DNA of 8,277 nucleotides from a virus (IMGVR_UViG_2534681993_000039:1-8277); one strand, 5' to 3'; numbered from the stretch's first letter, positions 1 through 6,853 are shown. Notes: a model not told the origin generated them from the sequence alone. Made by a program: numbers and translations.

Positions 1-240
1 TCAAACTTTTTTTGAGCTGATTTGTGTCACAGGTAACATCTCATCATCAGCCCATGCGGCCAGTCGGTAAGCCTCTGCCGGATTCATTTTCAGAAGTGCC
101 AGCCCGGCCAGAAAAGCCACGCGTTGGCCGCTTTTGCGGGCTTCCGGTGTAAGGCTGTCCAGCCAGGCGCATGCTTCGCTTTCGTTCTTGACGGCCGCAG
201 GCTTCAGATAGAAACTTATCCGTCTGGTTGGAGTCGTCAT
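1..240 (-). CDS. ParR-like ribbon-helix-helix centromere-binding protein, short form (79 aa)
   Basis: ATG at 240..238 preceded by AAGGAG (rc of 248-253), 7 nt spacing; stop TGA is rc of 1-3. The N-terminal 55 aa (RRISFYLKP...LDSLTPEARKSGQRVAFLAGLALL) resemble my recollection of plasmid R1 ParR (RRTIAFKLNP...LDSIPQGERSRLNRAALTAGLALY). Sits 4 nt after the parM stop, the usual parM-parR arrangement. The 124-aa ORF-track version from 375 overlaps parM and has no homology in the extra part. Confidence 0.6.
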   Translation of the reverse strand: MTTPTRRISFYLKPAAVKNESEACAWLDSLTPEARKSGQRVAFLAGLALLKMNPAEAYRLAAWADDEMLPVTQISSKKV

Positions 241-244
241 TGGT

Positions 245-1204
245 TTACTCCTTGTCCATTGCGTACAGCCCATTAACCAGAGCAAACTGTGGCACCCCGT
301 CCGCGATGAAAGTCGCATTAACTCCGCAGGCTTCGCGGATAGCGGGTGCCACAATCTCCGCCCCTCCACCGACAACCATCACCCGCCCGTAACCCGAAAA
401 ACCCGCCAGCGCGCGGATCACGCGTTGTTTCAGTGTTTCTTCCTTTTCACGAATTACCGCCATCAGGCTGGCGTAATGCGCGTCATTGTGGATGTGCTGG
501 CGCAGCCAGGCTTCATCATGGCGATGTTCGATAATGGTATTGGCGATGTGGTGACTGGTGCGCATACCGTTAGTGGCCATCACCGACAGTACGGCATCGG
601 CCATCAGAGAAACGCCCACGTGTGGATCGCAAAACACCTGGCTGATACCTGCCAGTTGCCCCTGAACCTTTGCCACATCCAGCGTGGTTCCGCCCAAATC
701 CACAATCAGCAGGGATTCAAACGGACTCATGTCAGCCAGTGCCTTAAAGCCAGCCGGAATGGATTCAGGCATAACCCGTACGTTACGGATAGTGAATGCT
801 TCGCCGTTCTGGTACTCCACCGGGCGCATGACGTTCGCTTTTTTGCGGTTGATGTTGGCCATGTCCGGCTGTGCGTTTGTATCGAAATACTCGCTCAGTG
901 GCAGGGTGACAACCACATCCACTTCCTGTGGTGTGATGCCTGATTTGACCAGCGCGTGATGAATGGCAATTATATTCACATCGCTGTACTGGTATTGCGT
1001 GTCGGTCGTCTGGACAAAGCGATCGCTGACCGGATCAAAACCATAGCGCACGCCATCAAGCATGTAGTTCGCGGGCTGCGTGCCACCGAACGGCGCAGAC
1101 CATTCCGACTTGAAGCTGTTCGGGCTGATGGCGTTGCGGCGTTCGCCGTTCTCAGTCCATGCCAGCTTGATGTTGGTGGAGCCGTCGTCGATACAAATTT
1201 TCAT
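245..1204 (-). CDS. parM: ParM/StbA-family actin-like segregation ATPase (319 aa)
   Basis: Full-length ORF; ATG at 1204..1202 with AAGGA 8 nt upstream on the - strand. N-terminus MKICIDDGSTNIKLAW, internal VMPESIPAG and LLIVDLGGTTLDV, and C-terminal VMVVGGGAE match the actin-fold phosphate/adenosine motifs and align along the whole length with plasmid R1 ParM as I recall it. Confidence 0.85.
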   Translation of the reverse strand: MKICIDDGSTNIKLAWTENGERRNAISPNSFKSEWSAPFGGTQPANYMLDGVRYGFDPVSDRFVQTTDTQYQYSDVNIIAIHHALVKSGITPQEVDVVVTLPLSEYFDTNAQPDMANINRKKANVMRPVEYQNGEAFTIRNVRVMPESIPAGFKALADMSPFESLLIVDLGGTTLDVAKVQGQLAGISQVFCDPHVGVSLMADAVLSVMATNGMRTSHHIANTIIEHRHDEAWLRQHIHNDAHYASLMAVIREKEETLKQRVIRALAGFSGYGRVMVVGGGAEIVAPAIREACGVNATFIADGVPQFALVNGLYAMDKE

Positions 1205-1222
1205 GTCGCTTTTCCTTATGTT

Positions 1223-1256
1223 GATTAATTAATCGGTTACAGGATTTTTAAATCCC
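1223..1256. promoter_or_regulatory. palindromic elements in the 76-bp A-parM spacer
   Basis: Perfect 12-bp palindrome GATTAATTAATC at 1223-1234; inverted repeat GGATTT/AAATCC at 1242-1255. They lie 10-30 bp upstream of the parM ribosome-binding site. Confidence 0.3.
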
Positions 1257-1280
1257 GCTTTTGCCTGTTTTGTGCGCGCT

Positions 1281-4103
1281 TCATATATCGCGGCACGTTT
1301 TTTGCTCATTTACGGGATTTGTGAGTCCCGTTTCTGTCTGTTTTTTGTTTCCACTGGTCAGGCTACCCCGCAGCAGGTCTGCTTTGCGGTGGGCGCGTTC
1401 AGTGGTTTCACTGATTCTCTGTGCGTGCTCTGCGTCACGGATGGCGCGCAGCATGTCAGAAAGCACGGTAACGGGGGTTTTCATGGTGTTCTGGTCCTGC
1501 TGAAGTGTGGATGCCAGGTGTGCGGCGGCTTCGGGGTCTGATGCCCCCAGCTGTTCCAGATAGCTGGCGACCGGGTTATGGCGGATCTCCGTGCTGCTTA
1601 CGCCGTGATTACGGCTCAGGCGCTGCCAGAGTTGCGTGATTCGGCTGTCCGGGCGGGTATCTGGTTTGCGTACAATTTCAAATCCCTGCGGTGCAATGAT
1701 GCTGCCGTCAACGTACAGACTGCCGCCCCGTAACAGGTGCTGCATCTGCTGTTCACCGATATGCAGGCCGAGAGATTCAGCAGACTCCCGCCATTCTTTA
1801 GCGAGTAACTCGTGGTTATCAGGCAAAGGCCGTGGCTGTTTGCGGCTCTGTGTCCAGTTCTGCATTTCATCACTGCTGTTTTTTGCCTGTTTGTCACGCA
1901 GCGAACGCATCAGCGCCCGGCGTTCGTGCCGTTTCAGTGAGCGCATCCATTCGTTCACTTCAACGCCGTCAGGGAGTTGCGGCCACGGTGTTGTCCGTTC
2001 TTCCGGCTGTTCTGTCCCGTTGTTGTTCGTTTCCTGTACACGGGGACAGTTATTGCCACGAGTCCAAGGGGCGGCAGGGCCGCCCTGAAGGTCAAAACCA
2101 TTTTCGCGGGCGCTGTCTTCCGCTTCCGGTTTACGTCTTATCAGCTTCCAGTTATCCGGATGTGTGCACACACGGGAAGACTCCCCGATGAGTGGTGACC
2201 AGATCCCGTAAATCTGTACATTCTGTTCGCCGTAATCGTTCGGCTCATCTGCGAGGTCGTAGGCGGTGCGAATCAGGTAGTCTTTGCGTGGAACAAGTAC
2301 GCCGCCCTGTTTTTCAATGTAGGAGGCAAAACACCCGGCATCAGCGGCAGCGAGCACTGCATCCATTGCGTCATCCTTCAGCCGTTGCGGGCCTTCCTGG
2401 TTGCGTGCCATCTGGTTGGCAAGGCGGCGCAGTTCACGCCACACCTGACGGGAGGGGATGCCAAAGAACTGGAACTGGCGGACCCGGTGAAGGCGCGCCC
2501 AGCCGATGGCGCGCTCCACGCTCTCGGCCATTGATTTTCCGGTTTCGTGGTCAACGCGTGGCTTGCCCGTTTTCGGGTCGATACCATCCACGGCGCGGCT
2601 GTCCAGGTTCTTTCCGATGTAGGTGGCGATGTAGCTGGTTGGCGTGCCTTTTGAGCCGTCGACATACTCCACCTTAAAGCGCGGAGTAATATCATTGCCC
2701 AGCTCGTGGCGGTCTTCCTGAATGGCAATATCGCGGGTATGGGACACAATGGTGTCGATTTCTTCCGGATGTGCAAAGACCATCATATGCCAGTGCACGG
2801 TGCCGTCATGATGAGGCTCCACCGTGCGGATGCCATACCAGCGCAGGCCGTCGCGGTTCAGTTTTTTGCGGACCGCCGCAAAAAACGTGTTAACCAGGTA
2901 ATCGCTGGAGTCGCGCATTGTGGCCCCGTTCCATTTGGGATTTGGATGACCGTTCTCCGTTGTGGCGTGGTATTTTGACGGGCAGGTGACAGTCAGAAAC
3001 ACCGCTTTGTCGCCACGGGCTTCGGCCAGAAGTTCCAGCCCCTTCATGGTGGCCATCATTTCTGCCTTACGGTGAACCGGGTTACTTACTCCCGCGTAAT
3101 ACACCGTCTCGAGATCAATCGTGAACCCGTCTTCATTTTCCAGCATGAAACTTTTCAGGAAATCGCGTGTTTTCTCGCGCTGTGCGCGAAACTCGCTTAA
3201 CGCGTCCTGGCTCAGATAGGGTGATGTTTTTCTGGAAACCAGACAGGCGGCGCGGAGTTGTTCTTCCCGCCACTCGCAACGTAACAGCCATAGTTTGCGT
3301 TTCCACCATTCCGCACAGGTCAGGCGAAGGATTGCGCCCGGCAGCAGCTCCGTGTCCGGTTCGTTCCTCCGGTCTTTGTCTGTTGTCAGAGCGTCATAAT
3401 GTGGAGGCATGGCGTGCAGGTGTAACGCCATGCGGGCCAGCATCTGATACGCCTTCAGCGTTACATCCATGGTCAGCTCGCCATCGGTCGCGCCAAAGCC
3501 ATCGCAGAGTTTTTCAAAAGTGCCACTGAACATCGCCGCCGTCATGGTGGCCAGCGTCTGTATCTGGTGTTTGTTGAGCTGCGGCAGGTAAAGCAAATCG
3601 TCCAGGCGTTCGCGTCCGGCAAGGGAGCGATAACCCGGTGTCAGCCAGCGGTGATCGGTGCGCTCCAGACGTTCGAATATTTTGCGCAGGGTCCCACGCG
3701 CATAGCGTTCTGCCTGCCTGGCGTTTTTTCCTTTCTGACGATCGGCTTCCTGTTTTTTGCGCAGGAAGGAGAGGTGGCGAATAAGCGGATCGCGCAGATA
3801 GGACGGCAGCAGGCGCAGCGAGGCCATGGCTTCATCCACCGCGCAGCGTGCCTGTTTTCTGGCGTCTCCTGCCAGTGTGATGGTTTTGTCCTGTTTTTCC
3901 TGTGCGTCCAGGCTTTTATTAATCAGGTTGCCCAGCGGCGTGGCGGAGAACGCCGCATCAGCCATTTCCTGGCGGCGCTCGTTCTCTGCCCGGTAGGCAT
4001 CCAGCCAGGAGGAAAGCGCGGATTCAGGAGCGGGGATCCCCGTTCCTTCACGCCCCACTGCGTGGCGCGGTTGTTGCCAGTCCCTGATGTACTCTGCCGT
4101 CAT
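1281..4103 (-). CDS. GpA-family (P2 A / phiX174 A superfamily) rolling-circle replication initiator endonuclease, 940 aa
   Basis: Single 2.8-kb ORF. HUH motif VEPHHDGTVHWHMMVF (HWH codons at 2795..2787) and tyrosine pair YIATYIGKNLD (Y codons at 2633..2631 and 2621..2619) as in phiX174 A and P2 A; also FLTVTCPSKYH upstream. Start ATG 4103..4101 lies 6 nt after the stop of the upstream gene. Confidence 0.9.
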   Translation of the reverse strand: MTAEYIRDWQQPRHAVGREGTGIPAPESALSSWLDAYRAENERRQEMADAAFSATPLGNLINKSLDAQEKQDKTITLAGDARKQARCAVDEAMASLRLLPSYLRDPLIRHLSFLRKKQEADRQKGKNARQAERYARGTLRKIFERLERTDHRWLTPGYRSLAGRERLDDLLYLPQLNKHQIQTLATMTAAMFSGTFEKLCDGFGATDGELTMDVTLKAYQMLARMALHLHAMPPHYDALTTDKDRRNEPDTELLPGAILRLTCAEWWKRKLWLLRCEWREEQLRAACLVSRKTSPYLSQDALSEFRAQREKTRDFLKSFMLENEDGFTIDLETVYYAGVSNPVHRKAEMMATMKGLELLAEARGDKAVFLTVTCPSKYHATTENGHPNPKWNGATMRDSSDYLVNTFFAAVRKKLNRDGLRWYGIRTVEPHHDGTVHWHMMVFAHPEEIDTIVSHTRDIAIQEDRHELGNDITPRFKVEYVDGSKGTPTSYIATYIGKNLDSRAVDGIDPKTGKPRVDHETGKSMAESVERAIGWARLHRVRQFQFFGIPSRQVWRELRRLANQMARNQEGPQRLKDDAMDAVLAAADAGCFASYIEKQGGVLVPRKDYLIRTAYDLADEPNDYGEQNVQIYGIWSPLIGESSRVCTHPDNWKLIRRKPEAEDSARENGFDLQGGPAAPWTRGNNCPRVQETNNNGTEQPEERTTPWPQLPDGVEVNEWMRSLKRHERRALMRSLRDKQAKNSSDEMQNWTQSRKQPRPLPDNHELLAKEWRESAESLGLHIGEQQMQHLLRGGSLYVDGSIIAPQGFEIVRKPDTRPDSRITQLWQRLSRNHGVSSTEIRHNPVASYLEQLGASDPEAAAHLASTLQQDQNTMKTPVTVLSDMLRAIRDAEHAQRISETTERAHRKADLLRGSLTSGNKKQTETGLTNPVNEQKTCRDI

Positions 4104-4109
4104 AGTGAT

Positions 4110-4475
4110 TTACTTCGTCATGCCATTCAGGGTGTCGCGGCAGACTGTAGCCAGCCGCTGAATTTCCAGCACGGTGTCTTCTGTGTCGGCATGGCGATGT
4201 GTGATGCGGATGCTGTCGGCAATCACATCGACGATTGCAGAGGATGGGCGCTGGTAAATGCCAACAACGGACGGGGTGCCACCTTCAATGCGGTAAAGCC
4301 TGTAATTTCCCTCGTGGCTGTCAATCATGTAGCGACCATCAATAACAATCTTTCCGTCAGCGAGCTGCGGTACAGGCAGGGATTTCAGGTACATGTCATA
4401 ACGTTCCCGCACGCGAACGGCAAGATCACGCTCTGTGTTGAGCAGGTATTCAAGAAAGTCGTTGGCGAGAATCAT
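4110..4475 (-). CDS. hypothetical early protein (121 aa), translationally coupled to the replication gene
   Basis: ATG 4475..4473 with AAGAGGA 8 nt upstream (rc of 4476-4492); stop TAA 6 nt before the A start. No family recognised. Confidence 0.6.
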   Translation of the reverse strand: MILANDFLEYLLNTERDLAVRVRERYDMYLKSLPVPQLADGKIVIDGRYMIDSHEGNYRLYRIEGGTPSVVGIYQRPSSAIVDVIADSIRITHRHADTEDTVLEIQRLATVCRDTLNGMTK

Positions 4476-4616
4476 TGCGGCAATCCTCTTGTTACAGATG
4501 TGCGAAGGCCTCCCGCCACAAGGTGCAGGAAAGGCCCGGAACAGGAATTAATGGAGTTTGTTTTGCTGCCGGATGAGCTGCTGAAGCCCGACGTGGTTTC
4601 CGGCAGTTGGAGGTGC

Positions 4617-4862
4617 TCATGCTCTGATTTCCCTCAGTAGCTGGTTGAACATCTGGGTTAGTGGGTTGCTACACCCAAACGGCATCGGGTTTACCTGATA
4701 AGAAAAGCGACCGCCTGTTTTGCGCTCTTTTCTTATGACTGAACCGCTGCGCCAGAGACGGCGTAGCTCCACATTAATGGTTGTGGTTGGTGTATTCAGT
4801 GCTGCGGCGATTTCTCCACCGCTACAACCCGGATTGGCAGCGATGTAGTCCAGAATGGTCAT
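4617..4862 (-). CDS. small putative winged-helix DNA-binding protein (81 aa)
   Basis: ATG 4862..4860 overlaps the upstream stop (ATGA). ILDYIAANPGCSGGEIAAALN...INVELRRLWRSGSVIRKERKTGGRFSYQ looks like a helix-turn-helix followed by a beta-hairpin wing; fold-level inference only. Confidence 0.5.
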   Translation of the reverse strand: MTILDYIAANPGCSGGEIAAALNTPTTTINVELRRLWRSGSVIRKERKTGGRFSYQVNPMPFGCSNPLTQMFNQLLREIRA

Positions 4863-5062
4863 CTGCGTGATTCCTGTACCTGTCTGATAAGATTCACCTG
4901 CACCACGTTGGTGGCGCAGAAGTAAGTGCCGTCAGTGAGATAGATGTGATGTGCATCCTTTTCTGAACTGTGTTTGTCGATTGTGGTAATCAGGCGTTCG
5001 TCAACTTCGTATTCACGTCCTCTGGAGGTGAAACGAACGACAGGAAAATGCTTAATTGCCAT
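4859..5062 (-). CDS. hypothetical protein (67 aa)
   Basis: ATG 5062..5060 preceded by a strong AAGGAGG (rc of 5063-5078); the ORF-track 84-aa form starts further upstream without a ribosome-binding site. Overlaps the downstream gene start by 4 nt. Confidence 0.5.
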   Translation of the reverse strand: MAIKHFPVVRFTSRGREYEVDERLITTIDKHSSEKDAHHIYLTDGTYFCATNVVQVNLIRQVQESRR

Positions 5063-5156
5063 TACGCCTCCTTGGCGTGTGCGAATACCTCCGCGAATGC
5101 GGATTGTTTTCACATTTTCTTATTTAACCTGGGGGCTTATTTGCGCGGTTATTCTT

Positions 5157-5186
5157 CAGTGAAAAAGCGTTCAATCTTTTTTACTG
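5157..5186. repeat. A/T-rich inverted repeat in the 195-bp intergenic gap
   Basis: CAGTGAAAAAG (5157-5167), 8-nt spacer, CTTTTTTACTG (5176-5186); arms match 10 of 11. Confidence 0.35.
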
Positions 5187-5258
5187 AATTAATAATTCGC
5201 ATAATCCCAATGGCGCAGACCACCGAAATAATCAGAACAAGCCATGAGATAAATATAC

Positions 5259-5501
5259 TCATGCGATATTTCCCAGCTTATACGGTTCAATATGTTCCCC
5301 GCATTCTGCGGCACAGATCAGCTCGGAAAGTTCGTTAAGTGCATCCAGGTCATCAGCGTAAAAAGCCACGTCATACAGACTTCGGATTGCTCTGGTCAAT
5401 GAGTCACGGGCCGCACGTTCAGCATGAGCGCCTGATGCACTTAAGCGAAAATAAAAACGCTCAAGTGCTTTGTTAATGAGAGTTTTATATTCTTTGCCCA
5501 T
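5259..5501 (-). CDS. hypothetical protein (80 aa)
   Basis: ATG 5501..5499 (the ORF-track first codon is GTG one codon upstream); AGGG 8 nt upstream; begins 11 nt after the stop of the preceding gene. No family recognised. Confidence 0.45.
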   Translation of the reverse strand: MGKEYKTLINKALERFYFRLSASGAHAERAARDSLTRAIRSLYDVAFYADDLDALNELSELICAAECGEHIEPYKLGNIA

Positions 5502-5512
5502 CACAACGCCCT

Positions 5513-5800
5513 TTAATCTGCTTTCTGTATTTCAGCTTCTGAATCCATACAAATAATTTCGATATAGGGTTCATCGCCATTAACCTGGCGTGCCTTTTCA
5601 GCTTCGCTAATGATTTCTCGTACGGTCTGGTACGGAAGTTCCACAAGCAGTCGCGTGCCGTTCAGATAAACGTAAGTGGCTTCGTCGGCTCCGTTTTTAC
5701 CCGCCGGAGTCACTCCGTCAATAGCGGATGCACGTAATAACAGTTCACCGCGACAATCAATAAAACGGATAAATACACCTTGTGCATGGTCTTTGGTCAT
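5513..5800 (-). CDS. hypothetical protein (95 aa)
   Basis: Internal ATG 5800..5798 with AGGTG ribosome-binding site (rc of 5801-5815) chosen over the ORF-track start at 5914, which would overlap the upstream gene by about 100 nt. No family recognised. Confidence 0.5.
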   Translation of the reverse strand: MTKDHAQGVFIRFIDCRGELLLRASAIDGVTPAGKNGADEATYVYLNGTRLLVELPYQTVREIISEAEKARQVNGDEPYIEIICMDSEAEIQKAD

Positions 5801-5810
5801 AAAGCACCTG

Positions 5811-6149
5811 TTATAAATCAGCCTGTTTAATAAAACTTTGCCCGCGAAGCAGACGATCAACCGTGCGAAGTGCTTCGTATAATGTGAAATCCTGCCCGAA
5901 CTGATTGTCACCACAGCTCAATGCAAAAATGCGGTTTCCGGTAAACGGATTGCGTGGGCATTTGTGGATCACGATTCCAGCTTTCTCAATCAGCCAGGCG
6001 TGCTCGCCGATTTGTTTTACTGGGTAGCCATCCGGCGTTGCGTGTGTATCACTCAGGCTGTAGCGGATGTTGCTGCGTGATGCACTGGTAGTGAAACGGT
6101 TAGCGTGGCGTTCTGTTCCGGTACGAAAATTACGGCGTTGCTTCAGCAT
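5811..6149 (-). CDS. hypothetical early protein (112 aa)
   Basis: ATG 6149..6147 with GAGGTG 7 nt upstream; lies immediately downstream of the cox-like gene. No family recognised. Confidence 0.55.
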   Translation of the reverse strand: MLKQRRNFRTGTERHANRFTTSASRSNIRYSLSDTHATPDGYPVKQIGEHAWLIEKAGIVIHKCPRNPFTGNRIFALSCGDNQFGQDFTLYEALRTVDRLLRGQSFIKQADL

Positions 6150-6163
6150 AAAATGACACCTCG

Positions 6164-6442
6164 TTATTTTGTCATCTGCACGTATTTTTCTGCGCTCCTG
6201 ATTGTTTTCAGGAAAAGAGCGAAGAGATTTACTGTGCGTCTTGAGTTCTTTTCATCCTGGTTGATGGGAATTGAACCTCTGTCAGCCTGTCTTTTCACTG
6301 TGTTAACAGCTTGGTTGGTACGCTTTGCGTAATCTTTCAGGCTTTCTTCAAGTACTGGTAACCCATGCTCATCGCGGTAGGGATAGAACGCTGCTAAACG
6401 CTCAAAGTCTGCCTGTTCGTGTGTGTTCAGGACTTTTGCCAT
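6164..6442 (-). CDS. small DNA-binding protein in the Cox/Apl position (putative lytic-switch regulator or excisionase), 92 aa
   Basis: First gene of the - strand operon, divergent from the repressor gene. DYAKRTNQAVNTVKRQADRGSIP resembles a helix-turn-helix. No clear similarity to P2 Cox as I recall it, so the call rests on position and size. Confidence 0.5.
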   Translation of the reverse strand: MAKVLNTHEQADFERLAAFYPYRDEHGLPVLEESLKDYAKRTNQAVNTVKRQADRGSIPINQDEKNSRRTVNLFALFLKTIRSAEKYVQMTK

Positions 6443-6538
6443 GTGTGATAACCTGCGCTATCTGTGGTTGTTTGTGACTCGGTGTACTTATAAGTACACC
6501 TTGTGCGCAAGCTTAGTGTACTTATAGGAACACTGTCA
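6443..6538. promoter_or_regulatory. divergent switch/operator region between the cox-like and C-like genes
   Basis: 96-bp intergenic region. Perfect 20-bp palindrome GGTGTACTTATAAGTACACC at 6481-6500; related imperfect palindrome AGTGTACTTATAGGAACACT at 6515-6534; both share the direct repeat GTGTACTTATA, centres about 34 bp apart. Candidate - strand promoter: -35 TTGACA (rc of 6534-6539), -10 TAAGCT (rc of 6510-6515). Candidate + strand promoter: -35 TTGTGC 6501-6506, -10 TATAGG 6523-6528. Confidence 0.5.
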
Positions 6539-6847
6539 ATGCTTATCGGTGAAAAAATTAGAGTGATTCGTGAATCAGAGGATTTAACGCGCGAAGAATT
6601 TTGCGGCCTGATTGATGTGCCTATCGGCACTTTGCGTCGTTATGAAACGGGGCGGATTGAAAACATAGGGGGCGAAGTGCTTATCAAGATTGTTAATCAC
6701 CCTCGCTTTTTTAAGTACATGAATTGGCTTATGACGGGAAAAACAAATGAGGCTGCTGGGCAGATCAGTCCGTCTCTCTCCCCTGATGGGCCAAAAAGCA
6801 CATCGCCTTCTCAAAAATCCCGCAAGACTGGTACACAGCCCGGCTAA
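6539..6847 (+). CDS. P2 C-like immunity repressor (102 aa)
   Basis: GEKIRVIRESEDLTREEFCGLIDVPIGTLRRYETGR...PRFFKYMNWLMTGKT...GQISPSL parallels P2 C as I recall it (GEKI, VP.GTL..YE.GR, KY..W.MT, GQI.P.L). ATG 6539 chosen; the in-frame GTG at 6503 is an alternative. Followed by int on the same strand, as in P2. Confidence 0.7.
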   Translation: MLIGEKIRVIRESEDLTREEFCGLIDVPIGTLRRYETGRIENIGGEVLIKIVNHPRFFKYMNWLMTGKTNEAAGQISPSLSPDGPKSTSPSQKSRKTGTQPG

Positions 6848-6853
6848 TCATGG

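Noticed and set aside
1-375. 124-aa ORF-track version of the parR-like gene starting at 375
   Set aside because: The extra 45 N-terminal codons overlap the 3' end of parM in another frame and have no ribosome-binding site. Homology to ParR and a strong AAGGAG both point to the internal ATG at 240.
346-1228. + strand ORFs (62, 172, 91, 90 aa) opposite parM
   Set aside because: Antisense shadow ORFs inside a gene with strong, full-length ParM homology; no start-site signals.
1241-1256. GGATTT/AAATCC hairpin after gene A as a terminator
   Set aside because: The loop is only 2 nt and no T-tract follows; more plausibly a DNA binding site than an RNA terminator.
4566-4606. Inverted repeat CTGCCGGA..TCCGGCAG downstream of the 81-aa gene as a possible intrinsic terminator
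   Set aside because: 8-bp stem but a 25-nt loop and no U-run following on the - strand transcript; not a canonical terminator. May still be a structured RNA or binding site.
1261-4640. + strand ORFs opposite gene A, including the 357-aa ORF 3567-4640, and - strand alternate-frame ORFs (1616-1897, 2378-2776, 3641-3835)
   Set aside because: They lie within or antisense to the 940-aa GpA-family ORF, whose frame is validated by catalytic motifs. Long shadow ORFs are expected in GC-rich coding DNA, and the 132-aa one starts with TTG.
5189-5245. 18-codon micro-ORF as a real gene
   Set aside because: No ribosome-binding site and too short to assess; kept only as an observation in the gap finding.
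4970-5338. + strand ORFs 4970-5338 and 4974-5162
   Set aside because: Antisense to the 67-aa and 80-aa - strand genes and spanning the AT-rich gap; no ribosome-binding site; most likely spurious.
6105-6332. + strand 75-aa ORF
   Set aside because: Antisense to the cox-like and 112-aa genes; no start signals.
6503-6538. GTG at 6503 as the repressor start (ORF-track start)
   Set aside because: Adds 12 residues with no counterpart in the P2 C alignment and would place the start inside the operator palindromes. ATG 6539 is preferred, but 6503 cannot be excluded without start-site data.
6427-6814. - strand ORFs 6427-6630 and 6584-6814
   Set aside because: Antisense to the C-like repressor gene and crossing the switch region; low-complexity translations.
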